The translations under genes and the position numbers were made by a program. This document shows, piece after piece, positions 30,861 through 42,400 of a DNA stretch of 64,000 bases. A model generated the notes under the pieces. It saw nothing but the letters and a program-made list of their open reading frames with translations. It had not been told where the DNA came from and ran no database searches. Numbering within the stretch: position 1 is the stretch's first letter; each line of letters opens with the position of its first letter. This stretch comes from a virus: the IMG/VR virus record IMGVR_UViG_3300020183_000015, positions 69,947-133,946 of that record, one strand, 5' to 3'.

Positions 30861-33800
30861 TGGCAAAACAAAAATTTACCTGCCCACCACAAACTGCAAG
30901 CGGACAAGGAACATTTTCTGACAATTTAGTTGGATTACAATTACTTGATGGAGGAGGTTTCACGCAGGCGAATTTTTCATTTACAACATCGATTAGTGAA
31001 AAACAAAATAGGAATTTTGATTTAGGATCGTTTTCAAATCCAATGAACTTGGATTCAATGAAGATTGAAAACCTAATCGAAACACAATCAATACTATCGA
31101 ATAACTTCAAAGTTTATCCAAACTACGACTTAAGTCAAGTAACAAACTTTACTGAATATGGATCGTTAACAAAAAGAATCTCAACATCAGTTACCAAAAT
31201 AATTAACTTCTTTCCTGCTGGTTTAGAAATTCAAAAGATTTCCTCGAAGTTTCTCACACAAACAACCGCCTTTAACTGTGTTTACAATGGACAAGAGAAT
31301 GAAACGACATTCGAAATATATCTTTCATCAATCAGAAACCCATTTGACATTGATTTTAGTCAAAATGCAACAAGAAACATTTTATTAAAAGAAATTGAGG
31401 TATCTCCTTTGAGGGACATGACAGTTAATTTCCAAAAGTATAGTTTGTATATTAATGGTGGTGAATATCCTCTTAATTATATTTACCCAATAACCGATTC
31501 ATCTATAACTTTTACAATTATTGTTGAGGGTAACCCCTTTTCAGGTAATAATATATCTTATGACTATTTGGTAATCAGACCAAACGATTCTCAAGTTAAT
31601 AAAGTTTTCCAAGATAACTTCGATCCCGTTGAAAACTTCTTATTGAATAGAAATGTAAGACCTATCTACACCGCAAACTTTAAAGTTGCAACAATAAATG
31701 ATTCTGGTAATTATACTTACACGAACGAACTAATAACATTTCCACTTTCAGGGGTTTGGAACTTAGATATTTCTTCTCAAAACTTCGAGGTTTATTTAGA
31801 GAAATTAAGTATTTATACGACCAGTTTAGATGAATATAAAACAAACTTATTATCACGATTTTTAACCACAGGTGCTCTAAAAGAATTTGATACACCTGAT
31901 CAAAAGTTTGAAAAAGTTTTACAAATATATGGGAGAAGTTTTGACCAAACTAAAACTTTTATCACAGCATTGTCAAACATGACAAACGTAAATTACGTTG
32001 TTAAAAATGACATACCAAATATATTACTCAAAAATTTGGCAGAAACTTTAGGTTGGAAGATTAACATTTCACCTATTTCAAACGAAGAGTTATTAAGTAG
32101 TGTGTTTTCACCAACAACAAATTTATTTCCCGGACTTTCTAAAGGTCAAACTCCTGAAGAACTCAATTATCAATATTATAGAAATTTGGTAATGAACTCC
32201 GCATACCTATTCAAATCTAAAGGTACAAGAAAATCTATAGAGTGTTTGTTGAGATTGATAGGTGCGCCAGAAATGTTAGTCGAATTCAACGAATATGTTT
32301 ATGTTGCGGATCAAAGAATCAACATGCAAGATTTTCAACAACAATATGTGTTATTGACGGGAGGTACACTCACACAACAAATTCCAGTTCTTCAGTCAAA
32401 CAATGTGTTTTCGATTTTGGGAAATAGTGTAACAGGATTCACAACAACAACCGTAACCGTTCCTGTAACAACTGAAAGACAAGACTACCCTGTTGATTTG
32501 ATTGGTTGTCCACAAATGCCGGAAGTTTCTCAAAATTATTTCTTCCAAATTGGAGGAGGTTGGTTTGAGTCAACACCACAACACAGAATGCCCGAAGAAG
32601 TAAACATTACACAAAGTGTGTTTACAGGTAACAACCCAACATATCAAACCAAACTATTACCTTTTAACTACGGTCAGTTTTATTTAGACAGATACAGATA
32701 TTTCCCATACATGAGTTTGGGTTATAACCTAAGAAAAGTTGCGGACAACAAGAAAAGTTGGGCGGATTTCCAACCTGATCTAAGAAACGTATCTGATGCT
32801 AACATGAATGCTTATTACCGTACTGACGAAGAGTGTTTAGTATTGAATGTCAAAAACGTTGATATTTTTATGAATCCTTCTCAAGGGTTGGTCTACGATG
32901 TATGGCACATGTCAAGACAATATAACTTTCCAATACCAGAACAAGGTTTAAATTACGTAGAACCAAGTCCTTGTAATATACCAAACCCCTATCCCAAAAT
33001 AGGAGGTGTGGATTGGACAGTTATTCAACCAAAACCAAAACAAAAAAGTTTCTTTGAATTTGCCCAAACTTTTTGGCACAACATGATCAATGTAAGAAAC
33101 AGACAATTCATAACAGATGGTAAAACAGGCGGTTACCCAACCTTATCATCAATATATTGGAACTACTTGGAGTCACAACAATTAATAGGAGTTCAGAACG
33201 GTAACTTCAATTACCAAACAATGATCGACTATGTTAATGGATTAGGAACTTATTGGGTAAGATTAATTGAACAAATGATACCCGCCACAACAATTTGGAC
33301 AACTGGTGTGAGATTAGAAAATTCAATTTTTCATAGACAAAAATTTGGATGGAGAAGACAAACAGTTTGTAAAATTTTACCACCGGCTTGTAAACCTTGT
33401 GGTATTACAACACAAGTTTTTGTACACGATTGTCCAGGATTATACATTCAATGTGGACTTTACCCGTGGACATCCAATCCTACAATACCTTCTTTTGGTT
33501 CATTATTATCTTATCTATTGAATCAGTACTACATAGACAATGGAATAAACCCTGCAGATTGTTTGGATTTAACAATACAAAGTCAGTGGTACATAGATAT
33601 AAGAATTAATGGGGTTGTTATAAGTCAAGATCAATTCTTCAGTGGTTCAGGTCCTGTTGGAGTTCCGACAAACTCCGATTGGATTGATGCTTTAGAATTG
33701 GGATTAGGTAATTTACAAAGTTCTGGATATAGTTATGTTATTAATGAAAACGAAGAGGAATTCTTTGTGTTCAACAATAATTGTGTTCCGATAAACGAAG

Positions 33801-33874
33801 AATTTTCAGTGAATATTGGAGTTGACTTCCAAGTGAAGTGTAACGCGATAGAACCTGAACTTCCAAATGAATAA
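30860..33874 (+). CDS. Baseplate wedge protein, gp7/P2 gpI-like
   Basis: LLKNLAETLGW...AYLFKSKGTRKSIECLLRLIG is the Tail_P2_I-type motif. Confidence 0.65.
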   Translation: MAKQKFTCPPQTASGQGTFSDNLVGLQLLDGGGFTQANFSFTTSISEKQNRNFDLGSFSNPMNLDSMKIENLIETQSILSNNFKVYPNYDLSQVTNFTEYGSLTKRISTSVTKIINFFPAGLEIQKISSKFLTQTTAFNCVYNGQENETTFEIYLSSIRNPFDIDFSQNATRNILLKEIEVSPLRDMTVNFQKYSLYINGGEYPLNYIYPITDSSITFTIIVEGNPFSGNNISYDYLVIRPNDSQVNKVFQDNFDPVENFLLNRNVRPIYTANFKVATINDSGNYTYTNELITFPLSGVWNLDISSQNFEVYLEKLSIYTTSLDEYKTNLLSRFLTTGALKEFDTPDQKFEKVLQIYGRSFDQTKTFITALSNMTNVNYVVKNDIPNILLKNLAETLGWKINISPISNEELLSSVFSPTTNLFPGLSKGQTPEELNYQYYRNLVMNSAYLFKSKGTRKSIECLLRLIGAPEMLVEFNEYVYVADQRINMQDFQQQYVLLTGGTLTQQIPVLQSNNVFSILGNSVTGFTTTTVTVPVTTERQDYPVDLIGCPQMPEVSQNYFFQIGGGWFESTPQHRMPEEVNITQSVFTGNNPTYQTKLLPFNYGQFYLDRYRYFPYMSLGYNLRKVADNKKSWADFQPDLRNVSDANMNAYYRTDEECLVLNVKNVDIFMNPSQGLVYDVWHMSRQYNFPIPEQGLNYVEPSPCNIPNPYPKIGGVDWTVIQPKPKQKSFFEFAQTFWHNMINVRNRQFITDGKTGGYPTLSSIYWNYLESQQLIGVQNGNFNYQTMIDYVNGLGTYWVRLIEQMIPATTIWTTGVRLENSIFHRQKFGWRRQTVCKILPPACKPCGITTQVFVHDCPGLYIQCGLYPWTSNPTIPSFGSLLSYLLNQYYIDNGINPADCLDLTIQSQWYIDIRINGVVISQDQFFSGSGPVGVPTNSDWIDALELGLGNLQSSGYSYVINENEEEFFVFNNNCVPINEEFSVNIGVDFQVKCNAIEPELPNE

Positions 33875-33888
33875 TATAATAGTTAATA

Positions 33889-36072
33889 ATGATTGATTTA
33901 GTTAATTTTGGTCTTACAGGGGATTGTACATCATCAAACATTGGTGAAGTATACATTGAGGTAACAGGAACAAGCCCATCGTGGACATTTAGTGAAGTAA
34001 CCACTACGGGATTTCTACCAACCTCTGCAACCACATATTTTTACTATGTAAATAACCTACCACCAAATTATTATGTTGTTTTAATTCAAGACAGTGCTGG
34101 GGGTACACAATTAATACCTTTCTATATTTCATCAGGAACCTCAGTATCAATGTCAGTTACAGGGACAACCTGTGGTTTAGACAATGGAATTATAAACGGT
34201 TCAACAACAAACGTGTACGGACAAGGAACCTATTGGTTGTACGATTCTATGAATAATCTTGTGACAACAGCAACATCAATCGATACCAATTACATTTTTT
34301 ATGGGTTGAGTGCAGATACATATTATGTAATTGCCGATGATGGGGGTGGATGCACTGGAATGTCAGCAACCGTCTTAGTACAACCATCAACTGAGTTTGA
34401 CTTTGGATATTACGTTGTTGGAGACTCAAGTTGTGATCCTTTAGGACTAGGAAAAATATTTTTAACAGGTCTAACACCATCGAGCGCATATACTATAAAT
34501 TGGATAAGTAATGTCGGGGGTCAAACAGGATCAACAATTACAGGACTTACACAAGGATTTTACTCTGTTGAGGTCACAAATTCTTTTGGTTGTATAAAAG
34601 CAAAACAAATTTTTGTACCTGACGTGCCTTTAGTGGGAATCGCATCAATTCAAGTAACAAACACACCAACATGTTTCCAAGATGACGGAATTGTTGAGGT
34701 AATTGTTACGGGAGGTACTGTACCATATTATTTTAGTGGTAGTACAGGACAAGTTGGTATTACTTTTGGTTCGTCTTTCACTTTTACAAACGTATCTAGC
34801 GGATTATTTTATGCGACAGTTACAGATGCAGGCTTATGTACCTCAATAAATTCTGTTTCAGTACAAACCCCAAATAGCTTTTCAACAGTTCAATTCAATG
34901 TTACAAACTCAACTTGCTCGACCTTGAATGGTGCGGTACAAGTTTTAATTGACAATGGTCTACCACCTCTTAGTACATATACTTTTGTTCTTTCTGGAGA
35001 CAATGGAACTTATAGTACAATTACTTCAGGACCTGCTAATCAACAATTTACGGGTTTAGAATCAGGAAATTATATGATTACCGTAACTGATGTTGCAGGA
35101 TGTACATTTACAGGTTATACTACAGTAAATAACACGAATCTCTTTACATTTACCGCAAGTACAACAGGTACAACCTGTGGATTTGATAATGGGATTTGTC
35201 AGGTACTTACATCATCTGGTGGAACATTACCTTACTCATATAAACTTGTTGGACCTTCCACACATGCTGAAAAGTACTTTAATGAGATTGGATTTTTTAA
35301 TTATTTAAAGTCAGGTAATTACACATTGGAGGTTACAGATAGCGGTACGCCGCAATGTAGTCAAATCAGATCGGTTTATATTTCACCTTCTACAGGTACT
35401 TATTTTGATCTTTATCCAATACAACCTTCAAAAGGTTATGATGGGCAAATAAGTGTACTTATTACAAGTGGAATCCCTCCATTTACATTTAGTTGGAGTG
35501 GAGATGTTTCAGGTCAGACAGGTACAATTTTGACGGGACTAACTAGTGGTGACTATACGTTAGAGTTGACTGATAAACTTGATTGTACATACAAAAAAAC
35601 CATTACTTTAAAAGGGACTAAAAATTTTGTAAATTATTCTGTATTCACAGTTTGTGAACAACAATTTCAACCAAATACAAACTTATCAAGACGAGGTATC
35701 AGACAAATGTATTGGGAAGGATTCTCAGACTTAACAACTGGTAACACCAATTGTATTATAAATTCCGCAGTGTTTACAATACAAGTAAACATAGGTGGTG
35801 AAACGAAAGAAGTTGACTTCTACACCTCAACAGGATTCGACGACTACCCTAATGATTTACTATGGGCCGAAACAATAATCGATACACTAAAATCTTTTGG
35901 TGGAATAGACGATGTGTCCATAGACTTGGTTCAAAATAAATTGAAAATTATTGCGGGTTGTGCCAATTTTCCTAAAAATTGTTCAGAAGAAATTTTAAAT
36001 TTATTGCAAGATGAACTTGTAATTGTCAATCTAAAAATAGATTATGACATTGCTTGTGTAGAATGTGATTGA
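33889..36072 (+). CDS. SprB-like repeat protein, putative fibre/adhesin
   Basis: Repeats of TCGxDNGxI...GGTxPYxF...GLxxGxYxVxVTDxxGC. Confidence 0.75.
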   Translation: MIDLVNFGLTGDCTSSNIGEVYIEVTGTSPSWTFSEVTTTGFLPTSATTYFYYVNNLPPNYYVVLIQDSAGGTQLIPFYISSGTSVSMSVTGTTCGLDNGIINGSTTNVYGQGTYWLYDSMNNLVTTATSIDTNYIFYGLSADTYYVIADDGGGCTGMSATVLVQPSTEFDFGYYVVGDSSCDPLGLGKIFLTGLTPSSAYTINWISNVGGQTGSTITGLTQGFYSVEVTNSFGCIKAKQIFVPDVPLVGIASIQVTNTPTCFQDDGIVEVIVTGGTVPYYFSGSTGQVGITFGSSFTFTNVSSGLFYATVTDAGLCTSINSVSVQTPNSFSTVQFNVTNSTCSTLNGAVQVLIDNGLPPLSTYTFVLSGDNGTYSTITSGPANQQFTGLESGNYMITVTDVAGCTFTGYTTVNNTNLFTFTASTTGTTCGFDNGICQVLTSSGGTLPYSYKLVGPSTHAEKYFNEIGFFNYLKSGNYTLEVTDSGTPQCSQIRSVYISPSTGTYFDLYPIQPSKGYDGQISVLITSGIPPFTFSWSGDVSGQTGTILTGLTSGDYTLELTDKLDCTYKKTITLKGTKNFVNYSVFTVCEQQFQPNTNLSRRGIRQMYWEGFSDLTTGNTNCIINSAVFTIQVNIGGETKEVDFYTSTGFDDYPNDLLWAETIIDTLKSFGGIDDVSIDLVQNKLKIIAGCANFPKNCSEEILNLLQDELVIVNLKIDYDIACVECD

Positions 36073-36292
36073 TATGACACAAGTATTAGTCACACAAATA
36101 ACTGGAATTACTACACCGTTTAGTGGTATAGCTTGTGATGTTTACGGAAATAATTGTGGAGATTTAGGGGTTGCAAATACAATACCGTTTTTATTTAATT
36201 TACCACCTCAATTTGATACCGCACCTGCGGTAAGATTGACACTGATTGACAACACAGGTTGTGAAACTACAGAAATAATTTACTGTACATGA
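36065..36292 (+). CDS. Small Cys-containing beta protein, paralog of 45683..45904
   Basis: Shares QVx(V/I)xxIxG...C-x6-C...PxxFNxP...IDxxGC with the minus-strand ORF. Confidence 0.7.
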   Translation: MIDMTQVLVTQITGITTPFSGIACDVYGNNCGDLGVANTIPFLFNLPPQFDTAPAVRLTLIDNTGCETTEIIYCT

Positions 36293-36365
36293 GACTTTTT
36301 AGAATAGTTACTGTCACACAAGTTTAACTAATTCACTTTGAAAATATTTAAATTAAATTTTGAAC

Positions 36366-37355
36366 ATGGAAAATTTAATTTTTGTGTCGGCACAGCCTGA
36401 TCTTCCTTATTTTCATTGGCAAATAAAGTTATACATACATAACTTTGTAAAACACGGTATTAACCCTAAAAATATTCATGTCATCTTAGGTATTTTACAA
36501 GGTCAAATAGAACCATCTGATGGTGCTATTGAAATTTTAAAACAAGGCGTTAATTTACATTTTTATAAAGATGAAAGAGAAAAAAAACTTTATATCCCAA
36601 GTATAAAACCTTACCTAATACATAAATGGATAGAACAAGATGAATCAAGAGGAAAACAATTTTTCTTACATGACTCTGACATAATTTTAACAAAAGAATC
36701 AAATTTCAAAAATTTATTGAATGACGATATAATTTATCTTTCTGACACCAAAAATTACATTGGGTACGATTACCTAAAAAGTTGTTCTACTAAATACGAA
36801 AAAAACTTTCCTAATTGTAAAACAGAACAATTAATAGACGATATGTGTGAAGTCATTGGTGTTGATAAAGAATTAATTATCAAAAACAAAGAAAATTCAG
36901 GAGGTGCCCAATACATTATAAAAAATACAGATTCTAATTTTTGGAAAAAAGTATACGAAGACTCGACAGAGATGTATCACAAAATGACGATCTTTCAAAA
37001 AAGATACCCACTCAAAAAGGGTAGTGTCCAAACATGGACCGCAGAAATGTGGTCTCTATTATGGAATCTGTGGAAATTAGGACATGAAACAAAAATATCT
37101 GAAGAGTTAGATTTTGTTTGGGGAACAGACAACATTCAAAAATTTTTCGAAAAACCAATATTACACATGGCTGGCGTGACCGAAGATATGAAATATAGAA
37201 AATTTTTTAAAGGGGATTTTATAAATAAAAATCCAATACAATTATTAAAAGAGGACATAAATTACTTTAATTTTATCGAACCTAAAAGTATAACAATAAA
37301 ATACGTCGATAACATGAAGTCTTTTATACAAAAACCAAAAATCGATTATTTATAA
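36366..37355 (+). CDS. GT-A glycosyltransferase resembling peptidyl-Ser/Hyp O-glycosyltransferases (GT96/GT95)
   Basis: YFHWQ, YIPSIKPYLIHKW, DxD motif LHDSDII, GGAQY, WTAEMW and ILH, in the same order as in SGT1/HPAT as recalled. Confidence 0.7.
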   Translation: MENLIFVSAQPDLPYFHWQIKLYIHNFVKHGINPKNIHVILGILQGQIEPSDGAIEILKQGVNLHFYKDEREKKLYIPSIKPYLIHKWIEQDESRGKQFFLHDSDIILTKESNFKNLLNDDIIYLSDTKNYIGYDYLKSCSTKYEKNFPNCKTEQLIDDMCEVIGVDKELIIKNKENSGGAQYIIKNTDSNFWKKVYEDSTEMYHKMTIFQKRYPLKKGSVQTWTAEMWSLLWNLWKLGHETKISEELDFVWGTDNIQKFFEKPILHMAGVTEDMKYRKFFKGDFINKNPIQLLKEDINYFNFIEPKSITIKYVDNMKSFIQKPKIDYL

Positions 37356-37361
37356 AGAAGT

Positions 37362-39428
37362 ATGGAAGATTGTTATATTTTATATTCTTGTGACAGGACT
37401 GAACAACCAGTAATCTCCAATGACGCCCAACTTAGTGGATATGTTGGAAATTTTGTTGCGGTTAGATTATTAGACCCAATAAATGTTCCAACAAAGTGTT
37501 ATTTTGTTTTTTATTTGGGAGGATTAGATTGCCCTCCTACCTCAACCATAGCTTTAGAACCTGATATTATATGTGATTGTTCGAATTTATGTTATTTTGT
37601 TAAATACGGAACTAAATTTCAAACAACAACATACATCGATTCAAAAAACGATTTAATACTAAGAGATTTTACCACAGGTAAAACACAAAATTTTTGTTCA
37701 AAAATATATCCCGTTTTTGAAATTTCAGGTGATACACAAGTAACCGTAAAAAGTGCTTGTATTGGAGACAGTTGTCCTGCAAGTTTAGCAACCGTTAAAA
37801 ACGTAAATGAATGTGACGTACTAACAATATTTCCAATGGGTGTTGATTGTATTGTTATTAATCCAAAATCGCAAGTTAGTTTTGATGGGTCTGCTCAATT
37901 AGCAATAACAGGAGGAACTCCACCTTACACAATAGAATGGGAGATAGGTAGTTTTGCTCCGGCACTAACAAACTTACCGCCAGGAGAATATAACGCAACC
38001 GTATCTGATTATTATGGTGATTTTGTAATTGACACAACATGTGTTCTAACAGCAGAAACAATCTACTATTCAGGAATGTGTTTTGTGTTAGACGGAGGAA
38101 AAGGTCAACCTGATCAATACTTTACCGTAGAATCTTCAGGTGTAGAAAATGGTAAACCAAGTTATGTAATATCAACACCACTTTTATCTTATGGTGTTGT
38201 ATTTTGGGATGAGGCACAAGGAATTTGGGTGTTCTGTTTAAATTATAGTTGTGGTAACAGTACATATTACAACTACTTGGATAATAACTACGGGGACTAT
38301 CCCTCAACTTACGGTACGTTTTATTGGTCGGCAGGGACAAACACAACACATAAAATAATAGATTCTTATTTAGGACCTTGTGAACCCCCTGTAACACCTG
38401 TTTCTTACGGTCCTCTTTGCGCATTTTACCTTTTAAACACAAATGATCCTGAAAACCCTTATACGGAAGTTTTTGTTACACTATATTATAACGGTCAAGT
38501 TAACGGACAAGCCAGTTGGCAGTCTACCGGTACAACATATGACATATATTGGAACACAGGTTCTACACCAAACCAATGGGTTCTTACTGGATATGGCGGC
38601 ACACCATCAAGTTTGGTGGCAAGTAATAATTCAGCAACACCACCTTTATCGAATTGGTTAGTTTACGGTGACCCATCTATTGACACTATAAGCGTTTTTT
38701 CTGGGGTTTGTTCTAACACAACGACTGTTGGATTTACTGTACAAACAAACGACGCACAATGTAATTTAGGTGGAGGTAGTATTATGATAAACGCTTACGG
38801 AGGGACCCCACCTTATCTATATTCAATAGACGGAGGATTAAATTTTTATGGAAGTCCATATTTTCCAAACCTATTGGGTGGAACTTACTTAGTACAAGTT
38901 TCAGACATAAATGGAGTTAGTTCACAATCATCTGTGACCGTCGCAATATTGAATTCAACAGTTTATCAATTAGCCTTTGGATTCAGTTTGGCAACTAACA
39001 GTTTTACAATAGCAACACCACCGTTACCTCCAGGAGTTACAATCTCTTTTCAAGTGGCACATACAAATGTATTTAATTATTCACCAAACACGTTACAAAC
39101 AAGTCCAACACCACCATCATATAATAACATAGCAACCTTGATTGGTATTGGTCCTTTGGCTTTATATCAAACAATAAACAGTTTCCAAAACATTGGTGGT
39201 CCTTGTACTTCGGTATTCACACCACTAATACAAAATCAGTCGAATAGTGCTTATTTTGCCAACCTCACATTGCCGGGGTCACAAACAATAAACGGAACAG
39301 TAACAAATACAATAGTAAACCCACCAACTGGGGATTGTGAAAATGCATCGGGAAGTTACAACATTCAAATAATTAACTTACAAATCAATAATTGTACTTG
39401 TTGTGAAGTCGAATTATTTGGAATTTAA
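37362..39428 (+). CDS. Cys-rich fibre/adhesin-like protein with SprB-like repeats
   Basis: GGTPPYTIEW...LPPGEY and GGTPPYLYSIDGG...GTYLVQVSDING, plus two NGxxxY/W...W modules. Confidence 0.65.
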   Translation: MEDCYILYSCDRTEQPVISNDAQLSGYVGNFVAVRLLDPINVPTKCYFVFYLGGLDCPPTSTIALEPDIICDCSNLCYFVKYGTKFQTTTYIDSKNDLILRDFTTGKTQNFCSKIYPVFEISGDTQVTVKSACIGDSCPASLATVKNVNECDVLTIFPMGVDCIVINPKSQVSFDGSAQLAITGGTPPYTIEWEIGSFAPALTNLPPGEYNATVSDYYGDFVIDTTCVLTAETIYYSGMCFVLDGGKGQPDQYFTVESSGVENGKPSYVISTPLLSYGVVFWDEAQGIWVFCLNYSCGNSTYYNYLDNNYGDYPSTYGTFYWSAGTNTTHKIIDSYLGPCEPPVTPVSYGPLCAFYLLNTNDPENPYTEVFVTLYYNGQVNGQASWQSTGTTYDIYWNTGSTPNQWVLTGYGGTPSSLVASNNSATPPLSNWLVYGDPSIDTISVFSGVCSNTTTVGFTVQTNDAQCNLGGGSIMINAYGGTPPYLYSIDGGLNFYGSPYFPNLLGGTYLVQVSDINGVSSQSSVTVAILNSTVYQLAFGFSLATNSFTIATPPLPPGVTISFQVAHTNVFNYSPNTLQTSPTPPSYNNIATLIGIGPLALYQTINSFQNIGGPCTSVFTPLIQNQSNSAYFANLTLPGSQTINGTVTNTIVNPPTGDCENASGSYNIQIINLQINNCTCCEVELFGI

Positions 39429-39452
39429 TAAAAACAAATATTTATAAAATAA

Positions 39453-42400
39453 ATGGGATATATCATTAAAAATACTTCAGGTCTTGTGAACACAAGAATT
39501 ACCGACACAGGTAGACAAAAACTATCTCAAGGTAATTTTAAAATTTCATATTTCCAAGTTGGGGATAGTGAAGTGTCTTATGATAAATTACCCAACTCAT
39601 ACAATCAAGCAAATAGTTTTGTTTTAGAACCTCAGTTTAACGCACAAAACAGTTCAGGAGCTCCACAATCAAATAAACAATATGTTAAATATCCATATTT
39701 GGTTGATCAAGGTGAAACAAACACCTACGGAATACCTTTTATGGACTCAGCAATAGAATCTGTATACAACAGAGCAGCAATGAGGGGATTTTTTGATGGA
39801 ATTACCACAGGAACAACAATAAATTGGAGGGTTTTAACCGGTGATTACTATGTTGTTACGGCAAACTACGAAGTCCCAATGAATCAATTTGTTGGCGATA
39901 ACAAAATTTTATTGGAGTATTCACCTTGTAACGGTCAAAACACAAGAAAACCAAGTGTTGGTGATTTCATAACCATATTCTACGATGGGAATGGATGTAG
40001 TAATTGTTATTGTGAAAATGTTCCAACCCCAACACCAACAACATCACCAAACTCAACAGGAGTACCAGTTACACCAACCCCAACACCAAGTGCAACTGTC
40101 GGAACTATAAATTGCGCAAGCCCAACCCCGACACCTACACCAACTCATACTCCTTGTCTTAGCCCAACTCCACAACCTGCGTGTCCACCAACACCTCTTC
40201 CTGAGTGTTATATGTCGATGAACAGTTGTTATCTAATTTTGACTTATAGAATTATTGATGTTTGTGATAATTTAATAACTCTTGATAGGAACACACCTGA
40301 CTATTGTGAAATATCTCCTGATTGTTGTGCAAGAGTTATTATTTATCCACCAAATATGACCACTCAATACGATAGTTATACCCCAAGACCACATTGGGCA
40401 GATAACGTTATTGATTTTGAATCTGTTTGTGATCTTGACCAATTCAATGTTAAGATTTGGAATATGAATATTCCTTGGACTGAAAATCCAGCTGGATTAA
40501 TATCAACACAGTATAAAGGATATCAGGACTTTGGATCTATAAATTATATTGGAAGTAAAGAATATTTTGGGTACAATAGTTCTAGTGGACAGACATCAAC
40601 AGATCCTGTTTACTATTTCAATTCTTTTAGTGAAAAAATTATAGTAACACCTGAAGAACAAAAGGCGATTGCAATAATTCACTATACAAATCAAACTATT
40701 GATTTCTTCTACGGTGAAAAATTTGCACTAGAACCATACGACCCAACAAACCCGTTAGACACCATCGGTCAAGCTAGAAACTTCAAACTACACGTTCCAT
40801 GGTTGATGTGGCACAAAAATAGAGAATGTTGTTTTGGTGTAACATTTTGGGTAGATCCTCCTGGATTTGATGGAAAAGACTTGTTTCAAGTACAGTATAT
40901 CAAATCAACAAAAAATTCTGATATGAATGAACCGGGATTGAGATATTACAATCTATGGGACACGTATCCAAATGCAAACGGAATTCCAAATAGAGTCGGT
41001 AAAGTTTTTCCTGACTCACACATAGTGGTTATTGATGATGAAGAATTGGTTGCCGCGATGTCATATAAGTCAAACAGAAACTTTACATTACCTGCACCTC
41101 AACTTTCTTTAATTACACCTAATATATGTGACACAACAACCTCATTGAATGGTGTTTTGTCTAGCCATACCGAAACAATGTACATTACCTATCAATTGGA
41201 AAACGATTATTGTTTTACAAATTGGTTACATAGTAATTATTACTCAAAGATTGTCGGAAACAATAATATATGTACTCCTGATGTTAGTAAAAACGTAGCA
41301 ATTAGATTTGGTCCTGAGTTTCCATGTTTGAATCAACCAGGGTATACACCAACAACAACTACTACAACATTCCCAACCACAACTACTACAACAACAGTTA
41401 ATCCACCATGTTGGGAGAATGGATTCAAATTTACATTTTTATTTGGAAGTAATGTTGTTGAGTTGTTTTTACAAAACACAGGTTCGTATCTAAATGGTCA
41501 ACCAATATTTAGTGCAACTTTAGGGACTCATGCACTGAACGTTTATTGGAATGGATTGGCTTGGATAATAATAGCGGTGGATAGTCCTGAAATTGAAACA
41601 ATTCTTTTTACAACAATTGACCCAATTGGAGGATTTGATACAAATGTGACAGGAGGTGTTTTACAAGTTTCAGGCTATACAAGTTGTGGAAATGATAACA
41701 CAATTTGTGCTACTATTTGTCAAATTGCTGGATCATGTTACAATGACACTTTTGTTCCTATTAATAGTGGAGGCACAACAGTTTATCTTTCTTTTACAAC
41801 AAATTCACAAATATATTATAATCAAATCGCAGGAGATTGGGTGATGGAAATTGCAGGAACTGTGGAAGGAAAATTAATCGGTTTATCGCCCAATGATATA
41901 CCAATAGGATCGTACATAACAAGTACATACGATTCGATTTCAACAACCCCTGGAAGTTGTCCACTTACTTGTAATTGTGTGAACTTTAGTGCTCAAACAA
42001 CCACACAGGTTAATTATTTGGAGTGTAACGGAGTGTTATCTTTTATTACACTCCAAGTCGGAGACCAAATGGATGTTTGTGTTGCAAACAACATATTTAA
42101 TTTGGGTCCGGGATCAGTGGTTGTTAATCATTGTACACTTCCTTGCCCAACACCAATCATGATGTCTAGTATGTCAAACATGTCATTACAAAACACTGTA
42201 CAGAATTTTACTTCGTTAAATCAAAATTTTAACGTCAATCAAGTTACAACTACAACAACAGCATGTCCAGTTTGTAATATTGAAAATGGTTTTTGGGCTA
42301 CAAAATTTAAAGTTTTAGCACAAAAAGTAGTGACAGGAGAAAGACCAGATCCTGCAAAATGGAAAGTCATCGACTTCACAACTAAAATAGAATCTCAATT